Below, piece by piece: positions 36,755 to 46,825 of a stretch of DNA of 51,627 bases (position 1 is its first letter; every line of letters starts with the position of its first letter). The notes under the pieces were generated by a model, which did no database searches, was not told the DNA's origin, and saw only the letters and a list, made by a program, of their open reading frames with translations. Position numbers and translations under genes: made by a program. Source of the DNA: a virus. Its lineage: Duplodnaviria > Caudoviricetes. The stretch covers positions 1 to 51,627 of IMG/VR virus record IMGVR_UViG_3300017913_002163; one strand, written 5' to 3'.

Positions 36755-38130
36755 GTGAATTGATTTCCTGTAGTATCAGTTGGATATATATCGCTATTAT
36801 AATTTGCTAACTTAGTGCATTCAAATGATATATGATAGTTCTCAAGTGTAAATGTGTGCTTAGCAGCATATATCATATAATCACCAGACTTCTTCGGGTC
36901 AATGAGCATGTCATCGTCGGTGTCTGTATAGTTACCAGGAAATAGGACTTTGACTAAGTTACCAATAGTGAAATGTACTGGAGTAGCTTCGTCAGTCCCA
37001 GCCAAGAACTGTGATCCATCACACATGATAGCGATATGACTCTTCTGCATTAGATTTAACATAGCATTTGCTATCACGTTTCTTCTATAGTCTGTTAGGT
37101 TTTCTGTCTCATCGAGAGAGTTAAATCCACCAGTTCGAGTACGATAAGGGCCAACTGCACCGATGCGATGTATGTTTCTCGCATCATGCTCTTGCAATTT
37201 TAAGTCATCAAAGTCAAAGTCACCTGAGACATTAAAATGTTTTTGCCTTTGATTCAACTCTGATATCTGTTTACCAACATCGTTGACCACATTGAACTTC
37301 TCTACATGATACTCTGAATTGAGTATATCATAGAAGTAATATGTAGAACCAATCAATCCTTTGTCGATAAGACTGAACATATTCTCGTTATTACGATAGT
37401 TATAGTTTTTGATATTAAATAAACGTGATACGCCTTCGGTGTCTACATTTGACTGTGAGTAGACGAGCGGATTATTCTCGTTGATAGGACTCTGTTTGAG
37501 CATCGTTTCGAGATCGATATATCCTATCTTTTCAGAAGCGAGTGTAGAGAAACAAAAGAAAGGAAAGCCATTGCTTGTAGTAGCACGATCTCTTATCCAT
37601 TCAATCGCTTCCATCACATTCATGTTAGGTACTATCAATCGTATGTTCTGTTGAACCTCATCTTCATTACGTACCGACAATTCTTTATTCAAGTATTGTT
37701 CTAATAATTTCTTGATGATAGACGATGGGCTGCCTGTGTAAGCTTTATTCACATTATATAAGTTAGACTTAAATGCGATCTCTTCGATCATATGCATTGT
37801 GTAGACTTCGGTACCTTTATTCGTCTTCTTCGCATCGATGATTTTATCGATGATAAAAACCTTCTCATAGACAGGAGACTCTAAACTTCTCTTGATTCGA
37901 ATAGTTACAGATTCTGCACCTTGAAAATCTAGGCGATCAGCGACTCGCATTGAATCAATAAACCGTATCTCACCTGTTAGATATGCTCTATCAATGTGTT
38001 CGTATATTTGTATATCGGTTACGACATCTCGCATATTGATAGGCTGTATCATACGTGATGAGTTTAGTATGACAGACTCAAGAACATAGCCTGACGAATG
38101 TATATCGTTTTGAATCTGTTTATCTTCCAT
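36751..38130 (-). CDS. Baseplate hub protein (gp27-like)
   Basis: I.IYE.I...YLTG.I...D, IVPNM...AI.W, SGDYMIYA.KH.F; lies between gp53 and gp5. Confidence 0.65.
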   Translation of the reverse strand: MEDKQIQNDIHSSGYVLESVILNSSRMIQPINMRDVVTDIQIYEHIDRAYLTGEIRFIDSMRVADRLDFQGAESVTIRIKRSLESPVYEKVFIIDKIIDAKKTNKGTEVYTMHMIEEIAFKSNLYNVNKAYTGSPSSIIKKLLEQYLNKELSVRNEDEVQQNIRLIVPNMNVMEAIEWIRDRATTSNGFPFFCFSTLASEKIGYIDLETMLKQSPINENNPLVYSQSNVDTEGVSRLFNIKNYNYRNNENMFSLIDKGLIGSTYYFYDILNSEYHVEKFNVVNDVGKQISELNQRQKHFNVSGDFDFDDLKLQEHDARNIHRIGAVGPYRTRTGGFNSLDETENLTDYRRNVIANAMLNLMQKSHIAIMCDGSQFLAGTDEATPVHFTIGNLVKVLFPGNYTDTDDDMLIDPKKSGDYMIYAAKHTFTLENYHISFECTKLANYNSDIYPTDTTGNQFT

Positions 38131-38906
38131 TATCTAGCCAATGCTTGTTTATAGGCAGCTGTTACTTCGCCAATCAATTCTGGTTTAATAACGTTGATTT
38201 CTTTAAGCGCAGTATTCTCAGTATTATAAAAATCTTCTTGTGTAACAGGAACGTCTAAAGCTCCAGGTCCATTTGCAGGATCGATATCGATAATACGACC
38301 AGTTGAGTTAGTATAATAACGAGGAGCTTTATATTCTTCTACGATATCAACAAATGCTCTTTGAGTTTGTATAGCATTAACAGATTTCGACGTGATATAT
38401 TCTGATACTGTTGTTTTGAATACTGCATTTGAATTAACTAAGTTCGTAAGCTGCTTCACTACGATTTGACCTAAATCTAAGTTTCGTCTTAGTACTTCAC
38501 CACGAGCATTTGAAGTTGAGCCAACTACGATTTGTCCTGGTATAAAATGATTTGTCAAATCAATGTTTGTTGTCATGACTAAGTTAGGGAAGTCTTTGTG
38601 TAACCTCTTTTCAAGCTCGATGTTACTCAGCGGCCAACCTTGTTCTCTCAATGTATCATTTAACATGAAGAAAGTCCAATGATAGTTTGTACTACCATAT
38701 AACTTATACGATACCTGATCTGGTCTTTCGTTTTCTTGAATATAATATTTAAGATGAAATGAGGCATTCTTACGTACTTGATCGATCACCTCTACATATG
38801 CAGACAAGTCATGAACAAACTGCGTCTGTACGTCACCAGTACCAATATCTTCTGCTTCATTTCCATACACATAGAGTGTACGTGGAAAGAACTTAAAGTA
38901 ATCCAT
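38130..38906 (-). CDS. gp53: Baseplate wedge protein gp53
   Basis: YF..FP, Y.I...ERPD.VSY.LYG...YHW....N.....WP, E.EN.....I....P. Confidence 0.9.
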   Translation of the reverse strand: MDYFKFFPRTLYVYGNEAEDIGTGDVQTQFVHDLSAYVEVIDQVRKNASFHLKYYIQENERPDQVSYKLYGSTNYHWTFFMLNDTLREQGWPLSNIELEKRLHKDFPNLVMTTNIDLTNHFIPGQIVVGSTSNARGEVLRRNLDLGQIVVKQLTNLVNSNAVFKTTVSEYITSKSVNAIQTQRAFVDIVEEYKAPRYYTNSTGRIIDIDPANGPGALDVPVTQEDFYNTENTALKEINVIKPELIGEVTAAYKQALAR

Positions 38907-40102
38907 TAGTGCGGTCCTCCATATGTCATCGCTCCATCAGAACCATTGATGATATCGTTCTTTGTCAGACCTCTGAACTCCTGGAATGAGAGAGTCATGT
39001 CAATCTCTGTAGGTGCACCGTCTTCATGGAAACTCATCGAAGTTGGATTATATGTAGTATTTACATCACGTAGATAACACATAAGAGGTTGAGGCATATA
39101 AGGATTTGCTCTATCATTGTACTGATATGTGATCTTGAAGAGGTTAGGAAACTTATATCCAAGAGGAAGACCGAGCCGACTACCCAATGATTCAGGATAC
39201 AACTCGCTTCTAAATAACTTGATAAGCTGTCTGATCTCTTCAGCTTCATTAGCTGACTTTGCTATAAATTTGAATAAGAATGAAAACTGTCGCAGAGTTA
39301 CACCTTGAAACATAGTACGACTATTTGGATTGATTCGAACTTGTAAACCAATTTGAGCAGCTTGACCTAAGCCACTACCTTGAAACTTTTGTACGATACG
39401 AGCTGCAGCTAACTGTGCTGCTTCTTGACTGGCTTGACCTTTTACAAGGTTAAACACATCTACTAAACCTTCGGTAGAACCACGATACAGAGAACGCATC
39501 AAGCTACTACCGCTACCTAAAGCACCAAGAGCTGAAGCACCGCCAGGTCCTAGACTAGCTTCTGTATATTGCGCGTTATCTTGTGATTGTACTGCCAATG
39601 GGAAATATAACTTAGCTATTCGATTGAGCGGCTTCGTTGTCATACCTAAATCACGATTTGTGATTCCTCCAGATTGTACTGCATCAGCATTATCTTTTTT
39701 TGCTTTTTGAATATTAGCTTCGTGTGCTGCAGCATCTTCATCTTTTGATGCTGTAGTTGCTTGAGACTCGGATACACCACCTGTTGCTGCTCCAACCATT
39801 TGACCTAAGAACCTATTTTTCATTAGACTCTGTGCACCTGCAGTATCAACAAGATATGGATCTACGCTATGCACTTCGAACTTAATAGATGCAGCATATC
39901 GTTCTTGGTTTTCAAGAGGATAGCGTAAGCTAACAGGTGTACCTAAACGTGGAGTTGCCTCTGTTTCTGAAGGCTTATTATAAGTGGTCTTAACAGACTC
40001 ATTAGTCGGTGCACCAGTAGAGGTGAGTGGAACTTCATCATAACCATGCTGTGGTGTCTGTCGTGGATTTAAGTTTCTTCCAGCTAAAGGTGGCATAACC
40101 AT
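38906..40102 (-). CDS. gp48: Baseplate tail-tube cap gp48
   Basis: NP....F.G..LRQFSF.FKF..KS..EA..I..II..F, P..F.I.Y, CYL..V...Y, G.P....M.LSF.E. Confidence 0.88.
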   Translation of the reverse strand: MVMPPLAGRNLNPRQTPQHGYDEVPLTSTGAPTNESVKTTYNKPSETEATPRLGTPVSLRYPLENQERYAASIKFEVHSVDPYLVDTAGAQSLMKNRFLGQMVGAATGGVSESQATTASKDEDAAAHEANIQKAKKDNADAVQSGGITNRDLGMTTKPLNRIAKLYFPLAVQSQDNAQYTEASLGPGGASALGALGSGSSLMRSLYRGSTEGLVDVFNLVKGQASQEAAQLAAARIVQKFQGSGLGQAAQIGLQVRINPNSRTMFQGVTLRQFSFLFKFIAKSANEAEEIRQLIKLFRSELYPESLGSRLGLPLGYKFPNLFKITYQYNDRANPYMPQPLMCYLRDVNTTYNPTSMSFHEDGAPTEIDMTLSFQEFRGLTKNDIINGSDGAMTYGGPH

Positions 40103-40108
40103 TTTCCT

Positions 40109-40138
40109 TATAAATAAAAATCTGTAAACCTATTTATA
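40109..40138. promoter_or_regulatory. Pair of oppositely oriented late promoters
   Basis: TATAAATA (+) at 40109-40116 towards gp4 and TATAAATA (-) at 40131-40138 towards gp48. Confidence 0.8.
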
Positions 40139-40145
40139 TCAAAAA

Positions 40146-40628
40146 ATGGCATATTCTGGAAAGTACAAAGTAAAGAACATATCGAAGTATCGCGGTGATC
40201 CAAGTAAGGTAGTATATCGTTCCTCATGGGAAAAAGCCTGTTTTAATTGGTGTGATCAGAACCCAGATATTAAGTATTGGTCATCAGAAGAAGTCGTTGT
40301 GCCTTATAAGTATGATGTTGATAAGAAGTACCATCGGTATTTTGTAGATTTAATGATTTGTTATAAAGACGGTAGAACGATACTTGTTGAGATCAAACCT
40401 GATAAGGAAACTGCACCGCCTAAACGTCCTGATAAATCGAAGAGATATATCGGCGAAGCGTTGACTTATGTCAAAAACATGAATAAGTGGGAAGCAGCGA
40501 ACTCTTATGCAAAAGATAGAGGATGGGAGTTTCAGATATGGACAGAAAATACACTACGTGAGATGAAGATATTGAAAGCACTTAAGCCTCTCAAGCCGCT
40601 AAAGCCATACAGAAAACGTAAAAAATAG
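40146..40628 (+). CDS. gp4: Head completion protein gp4 (TnsA-like nuclease fold)
   Basis: KY.GD...V.YRSSWE...WCD......WSSEE..VPY...D.K.HRYF.D, LVEIKP, KWEAA. Confidence 0.92.
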   Translation: MAYSGKYKVKNISKYRGDPSKVVYRSSWEKACFNWCDQNPDIKYWSSEEVVVPYKYDVDKKYHRYFVDLMICYKDGRTILVEIKPDKETAPPKRPDKSKRYIGEALTYVKNMNKWEAANSYAKDRGWEFQIWTENTLREMKILKALKPLKPLKPYRKRKK

Positions 40629-40629
40629 T

Positions 40630-40637
40630 TATAAATA
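40630..40637 (+). promoter_or_regulatory. T4-type late promoter
   Basis: Exact TATAAATA 5 nt before the gp2 ATG; the transcript would be nearly leaderless. Confidence 0.65.
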
Positions 40638-40642
40638 GACGT

Positions 40643-41233
40643 ATGGCAAGTTTATTTCAAAAGCTAACTATCGATGCGTTTAGAGCTGGTATCAATCCAC
40701 GGACAAAAGAGTCACGTGATTGGTTCAGACGTAAGGCACAAGATCTGCGTAGGGTAAATCGTAGAAGCTTATTACAAGATGAAGATGTGAAACTGGTGAA
40801 TAGACAGAACCCACTTATCGGCTCGATGAACATGTTCTTCTATGACCCAAAACATAAAGATAAACTACCATACTTTGATAGGTTTCCACTCGTAATCATC
40901 GTTGGACCAGCACCGAAAGGTTTCTACGGTCTCAACTTACATTATCTACCACCTATCTTGCGTGCTAAGTTGCTTGATGAACTTTTGAATAATTTGAATA
41001 ATAAATCATATGATGAGTCTACACGTTTTAATATCAACTATGCGATGTTGAAACGTGCAGCGAACATGAGATACTTCAAGCCTTGTTACAAACATTATTT
41101 GACACAGCATGTAAAGAGCAGGATGGCAAGAGTGAGTGCTCCTGAATGGGAGATTGCAACTTTCTTGCCTACGGCTGACTTTGAAAAGGGAACGAAAGCA
41201 CAAGTTTACAAAGATTCAAGGCGGATGATTTAA
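40643..41233 (+). CDS. gp2: DNA end protector protein gp2
   Basis: G.M..F.YDPK.K..LPY.D.FPL, GF.GLNLHYLPP..R..LL, PC.K.YL..HV. Confidence 0.92.
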   Translation: MASLFQKLTIDAFRAGINPRTKESRDWFRRKAQDLRRVNRRSLLQDEDVKLVNRQNPLIGSMNMFFYDPKHKDKLPYFDRFPLVIIVGPAPKGFYGLNLHYLPPILRAKLLDELLNNLNNKSYDESTRFNINYAMLKRAANMRYFKPCYKHYLTQHVKSRMARVSAPEWEIATFLPTADFEKGTKAQVYKDSRRMI

Positions 41234-41862
41234 TGGCAACGATTGATCAACTCAAATCATTAGCATCGATCAAACTTGGTTTCGCTCGTAGTAACCAATT
41301 CTTGGTGGTGTTACCAGGTCAGGTATCTGGGTTTTTAGGTGGACTATTAGGTGGCAACTCGCTCAACTTATTGTGCGCGAGCGCTGAACTACCTGGAAAG
41401 CAGATACTTACATATGATAGACAGATTGGTATGGTAAACGAAAGGATGGCATATGGCTATGCGAATCCTGACGTTACGATGACTTTCTACGTAATGAACG
41501 ACTATGGAGTAGTAGAATACTTCGATAGTTGGAGAGACTTCATTTATAATACGAATACATATGAAGCGAAGTATAAGAACGAGTACGCAGCTACGGTTGA
41601 GATACACCAGTTGCGTAAACCAATTATCAATAAGAACGTAAGTCTAGGTCCAGTGAATGTGAACATTGGTCTAGGAGGAAATACAGTTTACGGTGTCAAG
41701 CTGCTCGAAGCATTTCCGACATCAGTAAATTCAATTGAATTAAACAATGAGCTTGATGGTCTAGTACAAGTAACTGTACAACTTTCATACACCGAATGGC
41801 AGCCAAATGCTGGTAGTCAAGGTTGGATACAAGCGAGTACTGGATTAAATAGTTTTTTATAG
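41233..41862 (+). CDS. gp54: Tail tube initiator gp54 (gp19-like fold)
   Basis: G.AR.N.F.V, C..AELPG, F..W...I, L.EAFP.S...IEL, V.V...Y..W. Confidence 0.75.
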   Translation: MATIDQLKSLASIKLGFARSNQFLVVLPGQVSGFLGGLLGGNSLNLLCASAELPGKQILTYDRQIGMVNERMAYGYANPDVTMTFYVMNDYGVVEYFDSWRDFIYNTNTYEAKYKNEYAATVEIHQLRKPIINKNVSLGPVNVNIGLGGNTVYGVKLLEAFPTSVNSIELNNELDGLVQVTVQLSYTEWQPNAGSQGWIQASTGLNSFL

Positions 41863-41871
41863 GAGTAGTGA

Positions 41872-42576
41872 ATGGCATTACCTAAGTTGAATGATTCTCC
41901 ACAATATGATTTAGTCATACCTTCAACACAGAAAGAAGTCAGATATCGTCCTTTTCTTGTGAAAGAACAGAAGGTATTGCTTTTAGCTGGAGAGTCACAA
42001 GATAAAAAGTCCGTGTTACGGGCAATCATGGATACAATTGGTTCCTGTGTTGAGAACGTGAATATCAATGAGCTGACAACCTACGACGTAGACTATATGT
42101 TTACGATGATTCGTACGAAGTCAGTAGGTGAATCATCTCAGTTAGTCATGTCTTGCTCTAACTGCGAAACAAGTAACGAAGTAAACATTCGATTAGATGA
42201 TATCAAAGTCGAAGGTACTATACAAGATAATGAGATCAAACTGACTGATGATATTACTGTAAAGATGAAGCATCCTAGCTATGATTATTTTTTACAGAAT
42301 ACCATCACTGATGATACACCACAAACAGAAGTGATGATGGAGTTATTGATTAACTGTATCGATACAGTTGCAACAGAAGACGAAGTGATTGCTATTCGCG
42401 ATGAGCCACGTGATGAGGTAAAAGCTTTTATCGATTCACTTACCACTACACAGTTTGAGAAGTTGACAGGTTACTTAGAGAACATGCCTTCTATCAAACA
42501 AGATGTTGAATTTTATTGTACTGAATGTAATCACCATAACGAAAGACAGCTGAAAGGACTGGAGGATTTTTTCTAA
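41872..42576 (+). CDS. gp26: Baseplate hub assembly chaperone gp26
   Basis: MALPK...P.Y.L.IPST...V.YRPFLVKE.K.LL.A.ES, IR.KSVGE, two CxxC pairs, ends GLEDFF. Confidence 0.9.
   Translation: MALPKLNDSPQYDLVIPSTQKEVRYRPFLVKEQKVLLLAGESQDKKSVLRAIMDTIGSCVENVNINELTTYDVDYMFTMIRTKSVGESSQLVMSCSNCETSNEVNIRLDDIKVEGTIQDNEIKLTDDITVKMKHPSYDYFLQNTITDDTPQTEVMMELLINCIDTVATEDEVIAIRDEPRDEVKAFIDSLTTTQFEKLTGYLENMPSIKQDVEFYCTECNHHNERQLKGLEDFF
42567..42573 (+). other. Candidate -1 ribosomal frameshift slippery site T-TTT-TTC
   Basis: X-XXY-YYZ heptamer in the gp26 frame immediately before its TAA; the -1 frame is open to 42758. Confidence 0.75.
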
Positions 42577-42758
42577 TTAACCTCTCTCATGAGTCGTTAG
42601 AGAACTATTATCGTACGAACTTTCAATTGATTCAACATTTTAGTTACTCTCTGACCGAACTTGATACGATGATTCCTTGGGAGAGGGAGATATATGTGAA
42701 CATGTTATTAGATTATTTGAAAGAGAAAGAAGCCCAGGCGCAACAAGCACGAGGATAA
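42567..42758 (+). CDS. gp51: gp51-like baseplate hub assembly domain (no own start; likely frameshift extension of gp26)
   Basis: Hand translation FFLINLSHESLENYYRTNFQLIQHFSYSLTELDTMIPWEREIYVNMLLDYLKEKEAQAQQARG matches the gp51-like NYY.TNF.L.QH..YSL.E...M.PWER.IY motif; missing from the ORF track. Confidence 0.8.
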   Translation, partial: FFLINLSHESLENYYRTNFQLIQHFSYSLTELDTMIPWEREIYVNMLLDYLKEKEAQAQQARG

Positions 42759-42759
42759 C

Positions 42760-44466
42760 ATGAGTCTACAAGCTATTTCAGACCAACTCAATGATCAGAA
42801 CAAAGAACTGTTGAGTCAAGGTGAAGTGATGAAAGAGAACAACACTCAGTTGGAAACTCTCAATCGCAACTTCTCTAATTTCTTGATTAAGCTCGAGAGT
42901 AATGAGACTGATGAGTTAGAAACACAGGCTGAAGAAAGACTTGAAAAGTCTCGTGCACGCCAAGCAGAAGCCAGACCAAAAACGAGTGGTAACCTATTTG
43001 GTAGTATGGAAAACACACTCATGGGTCTCGGTATTCCTGGTATGGGTGCATTGCTTGGTAGAGGTTTAGTCGGTGGACTAGTACGTGGTGGATTAGCATA
43101 CATCATGGCCGAAGCAGTAGCAGACTATCTCAACTCACAAGGATTTAGTGAAGAGGTAAGCGATGCTGTTGGTCGTGGACTGACTGGCTATGGTATCTTA
43201 CGTGTATTTGGTAAACGACTCGGCGCAATCGGTTTGATCGGCGGTGCATTAGCTACACCAGAAAACATAGAAGCTACAAAAACCCAACTTACAAAACTGG
43301 TTGAGTCGTTTGAGATCGGATGGGGAAAGTTTTCTACATGGTTTGATGGAGTATTTGGTGTAGAAGGCTTAATACCTACAACTGATGAGATAGTTGCAAA
43401 GATCAATAACATTGTTGGTGATTCATTAACAGGATTAAATGCATTTCTGCGAGGTGATTTTAATAGCGAAGAGTTTTATAAGAACTTAGATGACATGGCC
43501 ATCACGTTTGGTGCATTAGCATTGATGCTCAAACCAGGTGGAACACTCAAGGTATTAGTAAAATCAATCGCCAAGCTTGCTGGTGCAGCGCTAGCTTTAT
43601 CTGGATTAAACAAAGCAGCAAAATCATTAGTTCCACCAGGTACTACACCTGGTGTTACAACCGCTAGTAAAGCAAAACTCGATCGTGGTCAGCTGACACA
43701 ACAAGCAGGAAAATTATCAGCCAAACAACTCTCAGCCGAAGGTTTATATAAAGCCAAAGACGGCGCTATCATAGATAAGAAAACAAATAAGGTAGTATCA
43801 GCAGAAAGATTAAACTCAGCTGTAACAAATGCGGATGCAGCTTCGAAGTTTCCACGTGTTGCTAAGTTCTTACGTGCACCTGGCATTGGATACTTATTTG
43901 GTGCATATGACATCTATAGTATCCTCAACTCACCTGGTTCTATGGAAAGCAAGATAGCACCACTAGCAGGTGTATTATCTGCTGTTCTTGGTTCTGGTGG
44001 TGGAGCTATGTTAGGTGCTGCATTAGGTAGTGTCTTCCCAGGCCCAGGTACATTAGTAGGTGGAGCTCTTGGCGGTATCGCTGGTTGGTTGGGAGCAGAA
44101 GCAGTTGGTAAAGGCTTAGCACAGTTCATGCTTGGCCAAAAGGTAGATTCGTTCGGTTATGGATTTGGTTGGGTAAATGATATGCTCAACGGCATTGGTG
44201 CACCTAAAGGACAAGCACCAGATCTTTCTGGTTATGAAAATCCTTCAGCAGGTTATACAGATCCAATTATGAATGCTGCTAAGATGCAACCGAGTAGTGC
44301 TGACGCTTTATCATCTGCACAAAAGGTAATTCAAGTCGGGCCAGCTGGAGCTGGCGCAGTAGCTATTGGCGGAGATAGTTATAATATTATTGGTGGGTCT
44401 GAAACGATGTTCCTCGGTGGCGGCCAGATTGGAGTCACCGAGGAACCAGCCTTTGGTAGGAAGTAA
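42760..44466 (+). CDS. Probable tape measure / gp29-like protein
   Basis: Coiled-coil N-terminus and Gly/Ala-rich hydrophobic helices; 568 aa; follows gp26/gp51. Confidence 0.6.
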   Translation: MSLQAISDQLNDQNKELLSQGEVMKENNTQLETLNRNFSNFLIKLESNETDELETQAEERLEKSRARQAEARPKTSGNLFGSMENTLMGLGIPGMGALLGRGLVGGLVRGGLAYIMAEAVADYLNSQGFSEEVSDAVGRGLTGYGILRVFGKRLGAIGLIGGALATPENIEATKTQLTKLVESFEIGWGKFSTWFDGVFGVEGLIPTTDEIVAKINNIVGDSLTGLNAFLRGDFNSEEFYKNLDDMAITFGALALMLKPGGTLKVLVKSIAKLAGAALALSGLNKAAKSLVPPGTTPGVTTASKAKLDRGQLTQQAGKLSAKQLSAEGLYKAKDGAIIDKKTNKVVSAERLNSAVTNADAASKFPRVAKFLRAPGIGYLFGAYDIYSILNSPGSMESKIAPLAGVLSAVLGSGGGAMLGAALGSVFPGPGTLVGGALGGIAGWLGAEAVGKGLAQFMLGQKVDSFGYGFGWVNDMLNGIGAPKGQAPDLSGYENPSAGYTDPIMNAAKMQPSSADALSSAQKVIQVGPAGAGAVAIGGDSYNIIGGSETMFLGGGQIGVTEEPAFGRK

Positions 44467-45375
44467 TTAGTCTTCAGCTGCTAAGCGTGAGAAGTATGAC
44501 ATCGTGTCATCATCGTCACTAGCATTTTCGGCACTAATTGGTTCAGCGACCTTATATTCAGGTGCTGGTTCAGGTGTATTCACCATTGACTCTTGAGCCA
44601 TGGTCGGTGCACCAGCTGAGATAGCTTCTTCACCAAGAACACGAGCCAACTTGGCTTTTAACTCATCATAAGTCTTGTAGTTCTTTGGATCAGTAAACTC
44701 TGACAGGTTATGCAACTTGCCATAGACTTCTTCAAGCTTTGTTTCGTCTGCATCAAATAATTGAGTAGGTGAAGCAAACTCTGACTTATCGTAATTGCGA
44801 TAGCCTTCTACTTGACGAATCTTCAACTTAAAGTCAGCACCGTCCCAGAAATCGAATGGATTAACTGGTGTCTCGTCAGCAAACTGCGGCTGCATGACAT
44901 CCATGATCTTGTCAAAGATCTTCTTACCAAACTTATAAAGGACAACACGACCTTCATTGTGTGGTGCAGATGGGTCTTGTACGACCAATGCATTGACTAC
45001 ATAATGGAGTCGACGCTTTTGTGCTCGTGCTTTCTCTTTGTCTTCGTCATAGCCTGAGTTCCACAAACGGGAGTTGAGTTCGCCAACTGGATCAGGCTGA
45101 CCAATAGATGTAAGGCTGTTTTCGATATACCATAGACCTGTAGGGCCTTTGAATCCATGGTCCCAGTATCTTGCCCATGGTAACTCTTGGCCTTCTGCTG
45201 CGGGGAGGAATCGTAAGACTGCATAGCCGTTACCTGCTTTGTCTACGGTTGGCTTCCAAATACGTTCATCATCGTAGCTCTTCTTATCACCTGATGTGCC
45301 ACCACCAGCTGCTTCTGCTGCTTGAACGAGTTTGGAAATTTGATCGCGATTGCGTTTTAAGTTTTCGAATGACAT
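44467..45375 (-). CDS. gp32: Single-stranded DNA-binding protein gp32
   Basis: D.R.WKP..DK.GNG.AV.RFLP, H.F.GP.G.WYIEN.LT, YKFGKKIFDKI, NPFD.W.GA.FKLK, NYD.SEF; acidic tail. Confidence 0.97.
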   Translation of the reverse strand: MSFENLKRNRDQISKLVQAAEAAGGGTSGDKKSYDDERIWKPTVDKAGNGYAVLRFLPAAEGQELPWARYWDHGFKGPTGLWYIENSLTSIGQPDPVGELNSRLWNSGYDEDKEKARAQKRRLHYVVNALVVQDPSAPHNEGRVVLYKFGKKIFDKIMDVMQPQFADETPVNPFDFWDGADFKLKIRQVEGYRNYDKSEFASPTQLFDADETKLEEVYGKLHNLSEFTDPKNYKTYDELKAKLARVLGEEAISAGAPTMAQESMVNTPEPAPEYKVAEPISAENASDDDDTMSYFSRLAAED

Positions 45376-45407
45376 ATATTACTCCGTATTAACTGAAATA
45401 TGTTTGT

Positions 45408-45436
45408 ATTATACACTGTATTGCGTTGTATGTACA
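45408..45436 (-). promoter_or_regulatory. Sigma70-type promoter for gp32
   Basis: TGTACA-17 bp-TATAAT. Confidence 0.75.
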
Positions 45437-45452
45437 TCTATATATACTCGTC

Positions 45453-45695
45453 TCACTCGAAAAGTGAGGAGTCGATAGTAGATGTTTTAGGTAAGAAGTT
45501 GAGAGCCATGGCCTCAGCTTCAAGTTTATCTTTGATGATAGGATTGACGAACTTCTTTACATCTTCTGGTTCGATGTCATTCTTATCACAAAGATGTAAG
45601 ATAGCTTCCATATAACTGATTGCTTTCTCAGCTACGGTTGCCTCTACGAGTTTAGAGAATTTACTCTTACTCAAGAATTGTTCTTCGACTGTCAT
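45453..45695 (-). CDS. gp33: Late transcription co-activator gp33
   Basis: F..LVE..V....ISY.EAI...C....IE.E...K.....IK.KLE.EA..LN.LP. Start set at ATG 45695, coupled to the upstream stop. Confidence 0.88.
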   Translation of the reverse strand: MTVEEQFLSKSKFSKLVEATVAEKAISYMEAILHLCDKNDIEPEDVKKFVNPIIKDKLEAEAMALNFLPKTSTIDSSLFE

Positions 45696-46825
45696 TGGTC
45701 CATAACCCTCAATAAAATAGTGTCTTTGTTGATACGACCATTTGGAACAGTCGTCTTTGTTGTGAGTGTCTTCCACTCTTTATCGATCTGAAGACGTGTC
45801 TTCTTTTGAACGATAGGAATGAACTGATCAGGCTTACGAAGTCTGGTACAACGACTCGCAGTAGTATCAATATTTTTTAGCGTTGAGCCAGATACTTCGA
45901 AGCCTGATACAGCATTAGTCACATACTCGGTCATTACTCTTGTCTTCGTATTGAAGGTATAGAGGCGGCGAGAGCCAACGATCTGGAGAGGAGCTATAGA
46001 AACGATCTTGAACTCTGTGTCCTCTGCTTTGTAATTGACCTTAGCGACTTGTTTGTCTGCTGCCTTAGGCTGCTTAGTTCTACTTTTACGCGTCGCTTTA
46101 GCAGCAGACTGAAGACGATCAAGATCAGACAACATGGACTCACATGCTTTCACCCTTTTCTTAAGTTGCGGGCGAGTCAAGTGTGAGTAACCTTCGACTG
46201 CATCTGGATCAGTCTTCGCATAAGCGGCATTGTAGTCATCATATAGACCCTCAATGTATTCACGTACTACCTTCGTCGCTGACGCTGGTAATCCATGCCG
46301 CTTAAACTCTTGATATAGATCGAGTGTTTCATCGTGTTCACCTTCGATCCATTTATCTTCTAATTCTAAAATGTCTTGCATGACAGTGTTTGAGATCTTA
46401 CGCTGTAACCGTTCCATCGGTGATACGGTTGGCTTAGCGTCAGAGTCTCTTTGCTTCATCTGCTTTTCGAGATATAGTTCTTTACCCATAGCAATGAGAG
46501 TAGACAAGTACTTATGCAAGTAATCTGAGTATGAACGTGACTTATCAGTATCTTCAGACTTTGGTGCATGTGTAATCCAAAACGCAGTTGCTGCATGAGA
46601 AGGTGATACGTAGAACTTATACTCAGGACATGCAAGGATATATTCCTTATTGATAGACTTCTTATGCTTCTCACGCACATAAGACTTCAACACTTTTGAG
46701 ATATCAGAATTCGATACTTCGGTTTGAAAGTATGATTGCACAGCTTCGAAGCCTTTTTCGATAGGTGCACCTACGATACCAGTACGACGACGAACTGGTG
46801 CTTTCTTCTTTTTACGAATTGCCAT
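45692..46825 (-). CDS. Conserved hypothetical phage protein
   Basis: 377 aa; C-terminal FNTK.R...G..V.GSTL...LRKP...NGRIN..TILL of the kind seen in T4-like phages. Confidence 0.6.
   Translation of the reverse strand: MAIRKKKKAPVRRRTGIVGAPIEKGFEAVQSYFQTEVSNSDISKVLKSYVREKHKKSINKEYILACPEYKFYVSPSHAATAFWITHAPKSEDTDKSRSYSDYLHKYLSTLIAMGKELYLEKQMKQRDSDAKPTVSPMERLQRKISNTVMQDILELEDKWIEGEHDETLDLYQEFKRHGLPASATKVVREYIEGLYDDYNAAYAKTDPDAVEGYSHLTRPQLKKRVKACESMLSDLDRLQSAAKATRKSRTKQPKAADKQVAKVNYKAEDTEFKIVSIAPLQIVGSRRLYTFNTKTRVMTEYVTNAVSGFEVSGSTLKNIDTTASRCTRLRKPDQFIPIVQKKTRLQIDKEWKTLTTKTTVPNGRINKDTILLRVMDQ

Noticed and set aside
40146-40628. TnsA-like nuclease as a transposon or homing endonuclease
   Set aside because: Sequence and position beside gp2 match the core head-completion gene gp4; no element ends seen.
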